A stretch of 64,000 nucleotides of DNA from an uncultured Gemmatimonadales bacterium. GTDB lineage: Bacteria; Gemmatimonadota; Gemmatimonadetes; Gemmatimonadales; Gemmatimonadaceae. This document shows positions 40,740 to 53,358 of the stretch, piece by piece. Location: positions 320,001-384,000 of the forward strand of contig CAWKMU010000003.1 in the NCBI GenBank assembly GCA_963850905.1, given 5' to 3'. The notes beneath the pieces were generated by a model, which did no database searches, was not told where the DNA came from, and was given only the letters and a program-made list of their open reading frames with translations. The position numbers and the translations under genes were made by a program. Each line of letters opens with the position of its first letter. The stretch's first letter is position 1.

Positions 40740-41974
40740 TGCGGCTGCCCTCCCTGGAGCTGCTTGAGCCGGTCATTCGCCTTCTGGATCGCGTCGCGCT
40801 CGGCCTGCAACTCTTTCTCCAGTTGGTCTCGCTGTTTGGCGACGTCTCCAACCTCGCTCTGTTGCAGCGTGGCGAGACGGGTCTGCAGCTGCGCGACCAT
40901 CTGCGCACGGTGGGACACCTGCACGCGAAGCTCTTGCTCCTCGCGCTCCAGGGAGGTGATCTGCGTGCGCAGCACATGCCCGTTGATCACGTCATGGATG
41001 TTTCCACTGTACCCGAGCGCGATATCCCACTTACGGTAGTTGTAGAGGTTCAAGCTCGCCGGACTGACGGTCGAGCCCTTATCCAGCTCGGTCGCGTAAA
41101 TGCCCGCGGACAACCCTCGCCACGCCCCGAGCACGCCTGCGTTCCAGTCCCACCCATTGTTTTCTCCGACGAGCGAGATAGTCGTATTCGGCGTCGGATG
41201 CGTTACGGTCCGTGCGCCGAAGAACAGCCCCCGGACGACAGTCCCGGACTTGTCGTACGCGGCCCCAAGGCCGCCGTCGTCGCTGAACAATCCATTGCCG
41301 CCACCAATCGTGAGACTGATGCTCGAGAGCGCCTTGGTGTTGATCGCAATGGCTTTCGTCGCGACGGCGTAGAAGGTGGGTGCAGTCTCGAACTTCTTGA
41401 AGTACGGCGCCGTCTCTTCGTGCGTCTGGCCCCCGCTATCAACGGCGACGTCGCTGCCGATCAGGAAGCGCTCCTCATGATTGAACGGGCCAAGGTTGCG
41501 GACCCCTACGGCGATCGCCGGCATGAAGGAGGCGAATTGCCCATCGCGGACCGCCAGGACCTGACCGAAGAAACCCCATTCGGGATTGTTGCTGTAGACC
41601 GAGAGCCCCACATCGAACCGCTGCAGCCAGTGCGTGTCGATCGCGATGTTGCCGTTCCAGTGCGATGGCGTGCCGACCCCGCTGGGCGGTGCATTCATAT
41701 GCATTGCCCCGTAGGAGAGCCAGAAATCGGACGAATTGGGAGAGATCCAGGCGACCGGCACGGTGATCAGCCCCGTACCGAAGTCGAGTGTGGCGGGATA
41801 CCACTCTTCCGCCGCCGGAGGGGCCGAAGAGCCGCTTGGCGCGACATGCGTGCTGTCGGACGCAATGGCCTGCCCATGGGCGGCCGTGGCCGTCCAAGCC
41901 AGGACCCCAAGGAGTCCGGCAGCAATACGACACCAGTGCGCCGGACGGGAGTGTCCGCGCCGCAACCTCTGCAT
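40736..41974 (-). CDS. YjbH-like outer-membrane beta-barrel protein with C-terminal coiled coil
   Basis: TGLITVPVAWISP, PAIAVGVRNLGP, YAVATK, GGGNGLFS, ENNGWDWNAG; heptad tail. Confidence 0.65.
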   Translation of the reverse strand: MQRLRRGHSRPAHWCRIAAGLLGVLAWTATAAHGQAIASDSTHVAPSGSSAPPAAEEWYPATLDFGTGLITVPVAWISPNSSDFWLSYGAMHMNAPPSGVGTPSHWNGNIAIDTHWLQRFDVGLSVYSNNPEWGFFGQVLAVRDGQFASFMPAIAVGVRNLGPFNHEERFLIGSDVAVDSGGQTHEETAPYFKKFETAPTFYAVATKAIAINTKALSSISLTIGGGNGLFSDDGGLGAAYDKSGTVVRGLFFGARTVTHPTPNTTISLVGENNGWDWNAGVLGAWRGLSAGIYATELDKGSTVSPASLNLYNYRKWDIALGYSGNIHDVINGHVLRTQITSLEREEQELRVQVSHRAQMVAQLQTRLATLQQSEVGDVAKQRDQLEKELQAERDAIQKANDRLKQLQGGQPQ

Positions 41975-42139
41975 CAGTCCTCCTGCTCCAAACGACAGCA
42001 GTGGCTTCGTCGACCCGACGTTCGCAGGATGCCTTGCACGCCCGATCGACCGACGCCTATGATGTTCATATCCGGACTACACTTCGCGCAACGGCAAATT
42101 GGTCATTTTGTCCGGGCGATCCCCCCTCCCCGACTCTCA

Positions 42140-42940
42140 ATGACGACAGATAGACCGAAATCGTTGCACACAAGGCCACGCTATCCGGACGGCTGGAACG
42201 TCGCAACCGCAACGCTAAATGCGAGACGGGGATGGGCCCCCGCGGCGGGCACCCCGAGGCGCGCCGCCCTCACGGCTGCCGCATGCGCCCTCTTGGCCGT
42301 GGGACCTGCCTGTCGCTCGGGTGGGAACGGAGGGTCCGCGCATGCAGCTAGCCAGCCCTCCCAGACACCCCCGGCGGCCGGAAAGGGGACGGACACCCTC
42401 ACGACGCGGATGGACCTCTCCCGGATCCTGGGGGACAGCTCCGCGCGGGTGTGGTTCGTCGTTGCGAGCGACTTTCAGTGTCCCTACTGCAAGCAGTTCC
42501 ACGATCAGTCGTTCGGGGCCATCCGCGATCAATACGTGTCCACGGGCAAGGTGCGTATCGCCTACATCAACTATCCCCTGCCTATCCACGCCAACGCCTG
42601 GCCATCGGCGGAAGCGGCGATGTGCGCCGGCGCGCAGGGCAAGTTCTGGCAGATGCACGACGGGCTGTTTGCGTCCCAGCAGCGGTGGGAGGACAAGCAC
42701 CCACCGACTGCCGTGCTCGACTCTGTCGCACATGCGATCGGGGTCGACACCACCGCCATGAACGCGTGTATGACGGGGCCACAGGTGCACGCGTTGATCG
42801 AAGCGGACCGAGACCGCGCCGACCAGTCGGGCGTGAATGCGACTCCAACGATCATCATCGGCCGCAACCTGATGCCCGGCGTCGAACCGATCCAGAACTA
42901 CCGTCACGTACTCGACTCCGCCCTCGCGGCAAGTCGGTAG
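42140..42940 (+). CDS. DsbA-family thioredoxin-fold lipoprotein (start uncertain)
   Basis: SDFQCPYC, QGKFWQMHD, GVNATPT. Confidence 0.88.
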   Translation: MTTDRPKSLHTRPRYPDGWNVATATLNARRGWAPAAGTPRRAALTAAACALLAVGPACRSGGNGGSAHAASQPSQTPPAAGKGTDTLTTRMDLSRILGDSSARVWFVVASDFQCPYCKQFHDQSFGAIRDQYVSTGKVRIAYINYPLPIHANAWPSAEAAMCAGAQGKFWQMHDGLFASQQRWEDKHPPTAVLDSVAHAIGVDTTAMNACMTGPQVHALIEADRDRADQSGVNATPTIIIGRNLMPGVEPIQNYRHVLDSALAASR

Positions 42941-42968
42941 CGGCCGCGCATCGGCCGCAGGCGCCTGC

Positions 42969-44288
42969 GTGAACGCCCTGGTCGGCGCCGCGTACAGGAT
43001 TGCAGGGACCCTCGCCGCGGGTATCGCCGATATCGCCGGCGGCTTCCCGGGCGAGGGCAAGCTGCTCCGAACGCTCCGCGCCCGCCGTGGTCTGCTGGCG
43101 CGCTACGACACGTGGGCCGCGTCTGAGCGCGTCCGTACCAGACCGCTCCTGTGGATGCACGCCCCGTCGGTCGGTGAAGGGTTGCAGGCGCGACCGGTTC
43201 TCGAGCAGATGCGTCGACGCCACCCCACCCTGCAACTCGCCTACACCTACTTCTCACCGAGCGCCGAGCCATTTGCCCAGGGACTCCGGGCCGACGGCGT
43301 CGCGGACTTCGCCGATTACCTGCCATGGGACACCGCGCACGACATGCGACAGGCGCTGGTAGCGCTCGCACCGACTGCACTGGTTTTTTCGAAGCTCGAC
43401 GTGTGGCCGGTGCTGGTCCAGGCCGCCGCGGACCGACACACGCGACTCGGGCTCATTAGCGCGACATTGAGCGCGGTCTCGGGCCGGCGCTCGCGCGCGG
43501 CCGTTGCCCTGCTTCGCGATGCGTACGCACGGCTCGACGCAGTGGGCGCGATCACCGAGGCGGACGCGGAGCGCTTGCGGGCGCTGGGAGTTCGTCAGCA
43601 GGCGTTGCGTGTGACGGGCGACACCCGGTACGACCAGGTGTGGGCCAGGGCGCAGCGCGTGGACCGCACCGCCATGCCTGTCGCAGCGTTGTTGACGCCG
43701 CGACGACCGACGCTCGTCGCCGGCTCGACCTGGCCGTCGGACGAGCGCATCGTCCTCGCCGGGTGGGCCGCGCTGCGCGGTCGATTTCCATCGCTGCGGC
43801 TCGTGCTGGCGCCGCACGAGCCAACGCCCGCACATCTGGCACCGGTCGAGCAGTGGGCGAGTGCCCGGGGCTATCGCTGCGCCCGACTGGATGCTCGCGA
43901 CCTGTCCAGCGCGGACGTGGTGATCGTCGATCGCGTCGGCGTGCTAGGCGTTCTGTATGCGGCAGCCGACGTCGCCTTCGTCGGCGGCGGTTTTCACGGG
44001 GCCGGTCTGCATTCGGTCGTCGAACCGGCGGCGTTCGGCGCACCCGTGGTGTTTGGCCCGCACCATCAATCGAGCGCCGACGCCCAGCGTCTCCTCGCCG
44101 CCGGCGGTGCGCGGGTGGCTGTCGACGCCGAGACCTTTGCCACGATCATGGGCGCATGGCTCGCCGACGACGCCGCCCGCCGCGACGCCGGCGCCCGCGC
44201 CCGTCAGGTCGTCGAGTCAGGCCTCGGCGCGACCGATCGGTCGGTAGAGATGGTTGAGGAACTGCTGGAGCTAGACGTTGGACGTTAG
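42969..44288 (+). CDS. waaA: Kdo transferase
   Basis: WMHAPSVGE, YLPWD, GDTRYD, AGSTW, APHEP, FVGGGF..GLHSVVEPA. Confidence 0.88.
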   Translation: MNALVGAAYRIAGTLAAGIADIAGGFPGEGKLLRTLRARRGLLARYDTWAASERVRTRPLLWMHAPSVGEGLQARPVLEQMRRRHPTLQLAYTYFSPSAEPFAQGLRADGVADFADYLPWDTAHDMRQALVALAPTALVFSKLDVWPVLVQAAADRHTRLGLISATLSAVSGRRSRAAVALLRDAYARLDAVGAITEADAERLRALGVRQQALRVTGDTRYDQVWARAQRVDRTAMPVAALLTPRRPTLVAGSTWPSDERIVLAGWAALRGRFPSLRLVLAPHEPTPAHLAPVEQWASARGYRCARLDARDLSSADVVIVDRVGVLGVLYAAADVAFVGGGFHGAGLHSVVEPAAFGAPVVFGPHHQSSADAQRLLAAGGARVAVDAETFATIMGAWLADDAARRDAGARARQVVESGLGATDRSVEMVEELLELDVGR

Positions 44289-45529
44289 ACGTCCTTATCG
44301 CCTTTCAGGAAGTACCCCTGTACCAAATGCACCCCGAGATCCTGTAGCGTCGCCAGCTCTTCGGCACGCTCCACGCCCTCGGCGATCACACGCGTGCTCT
44401 GCTCGTTGGCAAACCGCACCATCGTCTCGACGAGATTCTGCTTCACCGCGTTGCCGTCGATACCCGCGATGAGCGACATGTCGAGCTTGATGAAGTCCGG
44501 CTCGAGGTTGGCAATCGAACCCAGGCCCGAGTAGCCACTCCCCGCGTCATCGACGGCGAAGCGGTAGCCGAGCTCGCGGAAGGCGCGCATCCGCTCGCGC
44601 ATCGTCGGGTAGTCGGTGATCGCCGTGCGCTCGGTGATCTCGATGACCACTTGATGCGGATCATGCGACCCCGCAGGCCCGGCGGCGGCGCCGGGCAACG
44701 CCGCGGTCTCGCTTGCGAATTCCGGGTCCGCGAAATCCTGCGGGTCGGCGTTCACGAACAGGAGTTGGTCGGGTCCCAGGCGGTCGTGCATGCCCTCGTA
44801 CGCCTTCGCCCGGCAGAGTCGACTCAGCTCCCAGTGCAGGTTGCCCTCGGCGGCGAGCGAGAACATCACTTCCGGGTTCCGCAGTGTGCGCACCACGCCC
44901 CGCGCCAACGCCTCGTATCCGAATACCGTGCCCGTCTCGGCCACCACGATCGGATCGTACTCGATGTAGACCGCGCGGTCACGCAGGCTCGCGCGCAGCT
45001 GCGCCAGCTGCCGGGCGCGGTCTCGCTGTGCGACACTGCGCGCCGCGGCGGCCGCCTCGCGGACGCCACGATAGATCAGTCGCTCCACGCGCAGCTTGGG
45101 GTCGACCATCACGTGGGAGCGACCAATGAACACGTCGACCAGCGTCGCGATCTCGGCACCATGCACCGCCTCCACACGCCCGGCCACCGCGGCTTGCAAC
45201 CCACGCGCAAGACGGGCGACGTCCGCCTCGACCTTGATGGCGACGCCGACGCCGGACACTGGTGGGATGTCGAGGCACACGACGTCCTCGTCGTGCGGAA
45301 TGACCGTGGCGGCTCGCAGACGGTGCGGACCATCCGGCGATCGCAGCTCGCGCAGTCGATCGACCACCGCCGCCTGGGCGGTCTCGAGTACGGCATCGAG
45401 TTTTTCCCAGCCGTAGACCTTTTCTAATTTGGCAAAACGGCCAAATGAGAGGTACAGGACCGTCACCTCACCGCGCGCACTGATCTCCGCGCGTGCCTCG
45501 CCGACTACGTCATTGAGGGAGGGAAGCAC
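44285..45529 (-). CDS. EAL-domain c-di-GMP phosphodiesterase with degenerate GGDEF-like N-terminus
   Basis: YEALAR, LFVN, EITE, AVDDAGSGYS, PDFIKLD, AEGVE, QGY. Confidence 0.88.
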   Translation of the reverse strand: MLPSLNDVVGEARAEISARGEVTVLYLSFGRFAKLEKVYGWEKLDAVLETAQAAVVDRLRELRSPDGPHRLRAATVIPHDEDVVCLDIPPVSGVGVAIKVEADVARLARGLQAAVAGRVEAVHGAEIATLVDVFIGRSHVMVDPKLRVERLIYRGVREAAAAARSVAQRDRARQLAQLRASLRDRAVYIEYDPIVVAETGTVFGYEALARGVVRTLRNPEVMFSLAAEGNLHWELSRLCRAKAYEGMHDRLGPDQLLFVNADPQDFADPEFASETAALPGAAAGPAGSHDPHQVVIEITERTAITDYPTMRERMRAFRELGYRFAVDDAGSGYSGLGSIANLEPDFIKLDMSLIAGIDGNAVKQNLVETMVRFANEQSTRVIAEGVERAEELATLQDLGVHLVQGYFLKGDKDV

Positions 45530-45565
45530 CGTCCACGCTGCGCAGAGCGCCGCAACTCATCGGCG

Positions 45566-46294
45566 TTACGGTCGGCGCAAGCCTGGTGGCTGCCACGCCA
45601 CACCGATCCCGATGGTGTTGTCGAGGTTCGCAATCGTCGACCGATTGAACGCCGCCTCCAGACGCGCCGACAAGGCAGGCGTGAACTGGAAGTTGGCCCC
45701 AAGGCCGAATGATGCGCCGAGACCGGCCTGGGCCGAGCCGCCTCGCACCTGAATGATGCAATGACCGGCACCGCAGAAGTCGAGCGACGCTTCCGGATGA
45801 ACGTAGGGCGTCAAGGACATGCCATTATCCAATCCGAAACAATGCCCGAGCGAGACCGCGAAAGGCAACCGCGTGAACGGCGTCCCGCCATGGGCGAACG
45901 ACAGCGTGACGCCGACCGTGCCCAGCAGGCCGAAGGCCTCGGAGTCCGTTTGCGGCGCCAGCAGGTAGCCGTAGCGTCCACCCACGAACGTGACCGCGTG
46001 GCCGTTGACGTTCGGCGCGTTACCGGCATCGAAGATGAATTCGCTCCGCCGTTGGAGCTCCTCCCGCCACTGGAAGATGAAGCTCGTCCCGTCATACCCG
46101 CCATCCGCCACAGCCAGGGTGAACTCCCGGTTCACCACGTAGGGCTCCTGGAAGCTGGGGTAGATCCAGGCTTGGGCCTCGGCCACCGCCGGACGCGCGA
46201 GTCCCCACACACCGGCCGCCGCGCACACGGCTATCCACAAGAGGCTGGCGCGCGAACGCGCAGCCGCAGGAGCACCAGGCAGAGGCAGTGGCAT
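45566..46294 (-). CDS. hypothetical secreted/outer-membrane beta-barrel protein
   Basis: Signal peptide AEAQA, alternating beta strands, GIGVAW near C-terminus. Confidence 0.65.
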   Translation of the reverse strand: MPLPLPGAPAAARSRASLLWIAVCAAAGVWGLARPAVAEAQAWIYPSFQEPYVVNREFTLAVADGGYDGTSFIFQWREELQRRSEFIFDAGNAPNVNGHAVTFVGGRYGYLLAPQTDSEAFGLLGTVGVTLSFAHGGTPFTRLPFAVSLGHCFGLDNGMSLTPYVHPEASLDFCGAGHCIIQVRGGSAQAGLGASFGLGANFQFTPALSARLEAAFNRSTIANLDNTIGIGVAWQPPGLRRP

Positions 46295-46311
46295 GCGCGG
46301 CCGCGGGGTGC

Positions 46312-46566
46312 CTAGGTCACGGCGCGGGCCGACTCGGTCACGATGCGCACAATGTCGTCCGCCACCTGAAGGAAACCGCCGTCGACCTCGAAGCGGCGCG
46401 TGCCGCCTTCGACGCCGTCGAGTCGCAGCACACCGCGACCGAGGAGTGTCACGAGCGGAGCATGCCGGGCCAGCACGCCAACCTCGCCGTCGAAGGCAGG
46501 AGCCACGACGGACGTCACACTACCGTCGAACAACATCCGCTCCGGAGAAATGACGGAGGCGTGCAC
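46312..46566 (-). CDS. atpC: ATP synthase F1 epsilon, short (84 aa)
   Basis: VISPER, GEVGVLARHAPL, GGFLQV; follows atpD. Confidence 0.9.
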   Translation of the reverse strand: MHASVISPERMLFDGSVTSVVAPAFDGEVGVLARHAPLVTLLGRGVLRLDGVEGGTRRFEVDGGFLQVADDIVRIVTESARAVT

Positions 46567-46568
46567 GA

Positions 46569-48940
<2,372 letters not shown>

Positions 48941-48969
48941 GTCGGGGTCTCAGCGAGCTCGCGCCGCCA

Positions 48970-50592
48970 TCACGGCGACGCCGCGGCCGCCGCGGCCGCG
49001 GGACGGGCCGACGCGCTCGTGCGTCGCAGGAAGTCCTGCGTGAACCGCTCGATCGCCTGACGCAGCTGTGCCTCGGTCTCCTTGGACAGCGTTTTCTCCT
49101 TCCGGATGCGCTCCCCGATTTGCGGAGCCTGTGCGTCCATCGCGTCGTGGAACTCCCGCTCCCACTGGCGGACGCGGCTCACCTCGATGCCATCGAGATA
49201 GCCGTTGGTCACCGCGAAGATGCTCATCACCTGCTTGTCGACCGGCATCGGCTGGTATTGCGGCTGCTTGAGGATCTCGACGGTCCGAGCACCACGGTCG
49301 AGCTGCTTCTTCGTGGCCGCGTCGAGATCCGACGCGAACGCCGCGAACGCCTCGAGCTCGCGGTATTGCGCGAGATCGAGGCGGAGGCGACCAGCCACCG
49401 CCTTCATGGCCTTGATCTGTGCCGATCCACCGACGCGTGAGACGGAGATTCCGACGTTGATCGCCGGCCGGACGCCGGCGTAGAACAGGTCGGACTCGAG
49501 GAAGATCTGCCCGTCGGTGATGGAGATGACGTTGGTCGGGATGTACGCCGACACGTCGCCACCCTGAGTCTCGATAATCGGCAAGGCGGTGAGTGAGCCG
49601 CCCGGCTTGAAGATCGTCTTGTTGTCGACGATGCTCGGGTCTTCGCTCAACTTGGCGGCGCGCTCGAGCAGTCGCGAGTGGAGATAGAACACATCGCCCG
49701 GATAAGCCTCGCGACCGGGGGGGCGCCGCAGCACGAGCGAGATCTCGCGGTACGCGGCCGCCTGTTTCGTGAGATCGTCGTACACGCAGAGCGTCGGCTT
49801 CCCCTCGTGGTACATGAAGTACTCCGCCATTGCACAGCCGGAGTATGGCGCGATGTACTGCATGGGAGCGGGATCAGACGCGGAGGCGTTGACGATGATC
49901 GTGTAGGCCATCGCACCTGCTTCGCGCAACTTCGCCTCGACCGATCGCACGGTCGAAGCTTTCTGGCCGATCGCGACGTACACGCAGATGACGCCCGTAC
50001 CCTTCTGATTGATGATCGTATCGATCGCGATCGCTGTCTTCCCGATCCCTCGGTCACCGATGATGAGCTCGCGCTGCCCGCGGCCGATGGGGATCATCGA
50101 GTCCACCGCCTTGAGCCCAGTTTGGAGGGGCTCCTTCACCGGCTGCCTGACGATGATGCCTGGGGCCGGCGACTCGACCTTCCGAGTGACGGTGGTGCGG
50201 ATCTCGCCGAGTCCATCGATCGGGCGCCCGAGCGCGTCGACCACTCGGCCGATGAGCGCGGGGCCGACGGGGACTTCCAGCACGCGGCCAGTCCGGCGCA
50301 CATCGTCACCTTCGCGGAGGACGAGGTAGTCGCCAAGGATCACCGCGCCGATGTTGTCTTCCTCGAGATTGAGCGCGAGCGCCGTGATGACGTCGCCGGT
50401 CTCGGATGAGGTGATCTCGAGCATCTCACCGGCCATCGCCTTCTCGAGTCCGTAGATTCGCGCGATGCCGTCACGCACTTCGAGGACGGTGCCGACTTCT
50501 TGGATGTCCAACTCGGCGAGATCCGCGGCCTCGATCTCGCGGAGCAGGATACCCTTTATTTCGCCGGGTCGGAGCGTTGTGTCAGTGGCCAT
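48970..50592 (-). CDS. atpA: ATP synthase F1 alpha
   Basis: [40 protein letters not shown]. Confidence 0.99.
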   Translation of the reverse strand: MATDTTLRPGEIKGILLREIEAADLAELDIQEVGTVLEVRDGIARIYGLEKAMAGEMLEITSSETGDVITALALNLEEDNIGAVILGDYLVLREGDDVRRTGRVLEVPVGPALIGRVVDALGRPIDGLGEIRTTVTRKVESPAPGIIVRQPVKEPLQTGLKAVDSMIPIGRGQRELIIGDRGIGKTAIAIDTIINQKGTGVICVYVAIGQKASTVRSVEAKLREAGAMAYTIIVNASASDPAPMQYIAPYSGCAMAEYFMYHEGKPTLCVYDDLTKQAAAYREISLVLRRPPGREAYPGDVFYLHSRLLERAAKLSEDPSIVDNKTIFKPGGSLTALPIIETQGGDVSAYIPTNVISITDGQIFLESDLFYAGVRPAINVGISVSRVGGSAQIKAMKAVAGRLRLDLAQYRELEAFAAFASDLDAATKKQLDRGARTVEILKQPQYQPMPVDKQVMSIFAVTNGYLDGIEVSRVRQWEREFHDAMDAQAPQIGERIRKEKTLSKETEAQLRQAIERFTQDFLRRTSASARPAAAAAAASP

Positions 50593-50883
50593 GGACAGTC
50601 AGGGGAATCGTAAGGTCCGGAAGTCGTGCCACCAAGAACCGTCGTACGGGCGGGCATATCGGCGAGGCATGCCTCGCCTTTTTCCCGCCCGTTCCTCGGG
50701 CGGCGGGCCACTATCAATAAGCGGCCTGGTCCGGTACAGATTGTGAAAAATATCACAAGAAGACTGCGCCCGCTAGCTGCGGACATTGGCGATGATAGCA
50801 CGGGCAGCGAGCGCGCAGCAGTAATGAATAATCGTATGGTGCCCCGCCTCGCGAGTGAACGAACGCTCGTCGGGGCCTAGGTC

Positions 50884-51798
50884 CTATTGCTTTTTTCGCT
50901 CGATCGGTCGGCCCGCGCTGGCAGCCGGTGTCTTGCTTCGACCGCGGCCGGCGGCGAAGCGGCCGATCAAGTCGACGGCCCGGAGGCGTGCGAGAGAGGG
51001 CGGCTTGAGACCGACGATCCGTTGCGTCGTGCTCGACAGATGGGAGGCTGAGGCAAAGCCGAGGACGGCGGCCACGTCCCGGAGGTCGTACCCGGGATTC
51101 TTGGCAAGCTCCGCCGCCGCGACGAGTCGCACGAGATCGATCACACGCTTCAGGTTCGGGGCCCGGGCTGTCGCGAACGCGCGGCTCAGATGCTCGCGCG
51201 TCACGCCGACGACGCGGGCGACCGTATCAGTCCGGACCGGCAGACCGGCGTGCTCGACGACACATCGCCAAGTCTTGTGCTGGAGGGCGGTCGAGAGCGC
51301 CAATGCGGCGGGCGGCTCCTGCAGGGCCGCCGCGAAGCGAGCGCGAAACGTCACCGGCAGGACCATCGCGCGCACGACCGCATCGTCGACACCCTCGATG
51401 ATGACATCCGCGAGATCGAGGCGGGCAGCGCGGGCGACGATCGGCGCGTCGGCCGATCGGAGCGGAGACACACCGAAGAAGGGCGCACTGGGGAACTCGC
51501 GCGCGCAGGCGACCGCGATCCAGACATCGTCGGTTCCCCCGCCGAGATCGATGAGCGCCGCGTCGATGAGTGCTTTGCGAAATGCGGCCGCGAACTCCTT
51601 GGCCGTGCGCGCGATGATGAGTCGAGCCTGGCGGCGCGGAAACGCCGCACGGGCGAGCGCGCGCACGCGATCGCGGGGCGCGTAGACCGCGACGCACGGG
51701 ATGGTGACCCGGCTGAGCGATGCCGCCGTTCGCCGCGTCCGCGTCCGGGTTCGCTTCGCCGGCGCTGCCGGTATCCCTCCGGGGTGCGAGCGCCTCAT
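50884..51798 (-). CDS. AraC-type HTH regulator with receiver-like N-terminal domain
   Basis: VARVVGVTREHLSRAF, VAAVLGFASASHLS; ATG overlaps NUDIX stop (ATGA). Confidence 0.8.
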   Translation of the reverse strand: MRRSHPGGIPAAPAKRTRTRTRRTAASLSRVTIPCVAVYAPRDRVRALARAAFPRRQARLIIARTAKEFAAAFRKALIDAALIDLGGGTDDVWIAVACAREFPSAPFFGVSPLRSADAPIVARAARLDLADVIIEGVDDAVVRAMVLPVTFRARFAAALQEPPAALALSTALQHKTWRCVVEHAGLPVRTDTVARVVGVTREHLSRAFATARAPNLKRVIDLVRLVAAAELAKNPGYDLRDVAAVLGFASASHLSSTTQRIVGLKPPSLARLRAVDLIGRFAAGRGRSKTPAASAGRPIERKKQ

Positions 51799-52409
51799 AC
51801 GCTGCCGTCGGCCTGCGCGCCGGTCAGCATCGCGTACCCACGCGTGAGCACGCCCCTCGCATTGGCGTACGACAAGCGCCCGAGCGCCGTCTCGTAGGGC
51901 AGCCACTCGCAGGCGGAAATGCCCTCGGCCCGTTGCGGCGTCGTCTCGGCAGACGTGCCAGGTTGAACGACCATCAGATAGAAGTCGCACACCTTGTGAA
52001 TCAGCCGACCGCGGAAGCGGAACCACCAGTCGATCGTGTCGACGAGTCCGCGGATCTCGAGGCCTGACAGACCCGTCTCTTCCTCGACCTCGCGCATTGC
52101 CGCGTGATCTGCGGGTTCGCCAGACTCGATGTGTCCTTTGGGAAAACCCCAGTTGTCGTAACTGTCGCGGATGAGGAGCACGAGCGGCTGATCGGCCTCG
52201 CGCGTTGCGCGCATGACGATGCCACCGGCAGAACGCTCGACATGGCCGCGCGGGCGCGCAGCGCCGGCCGGTGCGCCCGCGGCGCCGCGGCCGCGCTTCT
52301 TGGCCGTCGTCTCATGGCGGGCCTTCGGCCCGCCACCATCCTTTGGTTCAGCCGTTGATTCAGACGAGTGGGACCGATCGCCCCCACCCGTTCGTGGCCG
52401 CTTCGGCAC
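51795..52409 (-). CDS. NUDIX hydrolase (Ap4A hydrolase-like)
   Basis: SAGG, WGFPKGHIESGE...AAMREVEEETGL. Confidence 0.9.
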   Translation of the reverse strand: MPKRPRTGGGDRSHSSESTAEPKDGGGPKARHETTAKKRGRGAAGAPAGAARPRGHVERSAGGIVMRATREADQPLVLLIRDSYDNWGFPKGHIESGEPADHAAMREVEEETGLSGLEIRGLVDTIDWWFRFRGRLIHKVCDFYLMVVQPGTSAETTPQRAEGISACEWLPYETALGRLSYANARGVLTRGYAMLTGAQADGSV

Positions 52410-52411
52410 GC

Positions 52412-53158
52412 TCAGTCGTTCGCCGTCGCGAGCGACGCACGTCCCTCGATGAATTGCCGGACGACCGGGTCCGATGTCTGCTGGATCTCGCGAACCGTGC
52501 CGACCTGACGCACTCGGCCTTCGTACAGCATCGCGATGCGCGTCCCCACGGCGTAGGCGCTGTGCATGTCGTGCGTGATCACGATGCTCGTGACGCCAAG
52601 TTGTCGCTGCATCCGGAGCATGAGATCGTCGATCACGGCGCTCGTCACCGGGTCGAGACCTGTGGTGGGCTCATCGTACAGAATGTACTTCGGCCGGAGC
52701 GCGATGGCACGCGCGAGCCCTGCGCGCTTGCGCATGCCGCCTGAGAGCTCCGCGGGCGCCAGATCCGCGACGTCCGGCAAGTCGACCAATTCCAACGCCT
52801 CATGCACGCGGCTATCGATCTCGCCCGGCGTCAGGTCGCCCTGCTTGCGCAGCCCCATCGCCACGTTGTCGCCCACCGTCATTGAGTCGAACAGCGCGGC
52901 GAATTGGAAGACGTAGGCGATCCTCGCCCGGACCTGATAGAGCTCTCGTCTCGTCAGCGACGGGATGCTGATGCCGTCGACGAGTACATCGCCGGAGTCC
53001 GGCTCGAGCAGCCCCACGATGTGCTTGATCGCAACGGACTTTCCGCTCCCCGAGAAGCCGATGATGATCATCGTCTCCCCTTCCATGACGTCAAGGGAGA
53101 ACCCGTTGAGGACGTGCTTGGCCCCGAAGGACTTGTAGACGTCGCGAAGCGAGATCAT
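52412..53158 (-). CDS. MlaF/Mkl-like ABC transporter ATP-binding protein
   Basis: GFSGSGKS, FQFAALFDSMTV, LSGGMRKRAGLARAIA, YDEPTTGLDP. Confidence 0.9.
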   Translation of the reverse strand: MISLRDVYKSFGAKHVLNGFSLDVMEGETMIIIGFSGSGKSVAIKHIVGLLEPDSGDVLVDGISIPSLTRRELYQVRARIAYVFQFAALFDSMTVGDNVAMGLRKQGDLTPGEIDSRVHEALELVDLPDVADLAPAELSGGMRKRAGLARAIALRPKYILYDEPTTGLDPVTSAVIDDLMLRMQRQLGVTSIVITHDMHSAYAVGTRIAMLYEGRVRQVGTVREIQQTSDPVVRQFIEGRASLATAND

Positions 53159-53209
53159 TAGAGTGTCCCGCGACGTCGCGGCCGCGAGCGGAGAGCCTGC
53201 AGTGGACCG

Positions 53210-53234
53210 GTAGGGGCGACGCACTGCGTCGCCC
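53210..53234 (+). repeat. REP hairpin
   Basis: GTAGGGGCGACGCACTGCGTCGCCC preceded by TGGACCG. Confidence 0.85.
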
Positions 53235-53358
53235 TGCGACGCGTCGCCGCCCGCACCGATGGAAAGTAGACGAACACCACTATCGCCAAGATAGCGGCTT
53301 TCGTCTACTCTCTACTTTCTGAGGGTCTACTTTCTCGCGCGCCCCACATCGGTCCCGA

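Noticed and set aside
40823..42139. 705-aa ORF extension upstream of dsbA
   Set aside because: Antisense shadow of the barrel gene; only the last ~266 aa look like real protein
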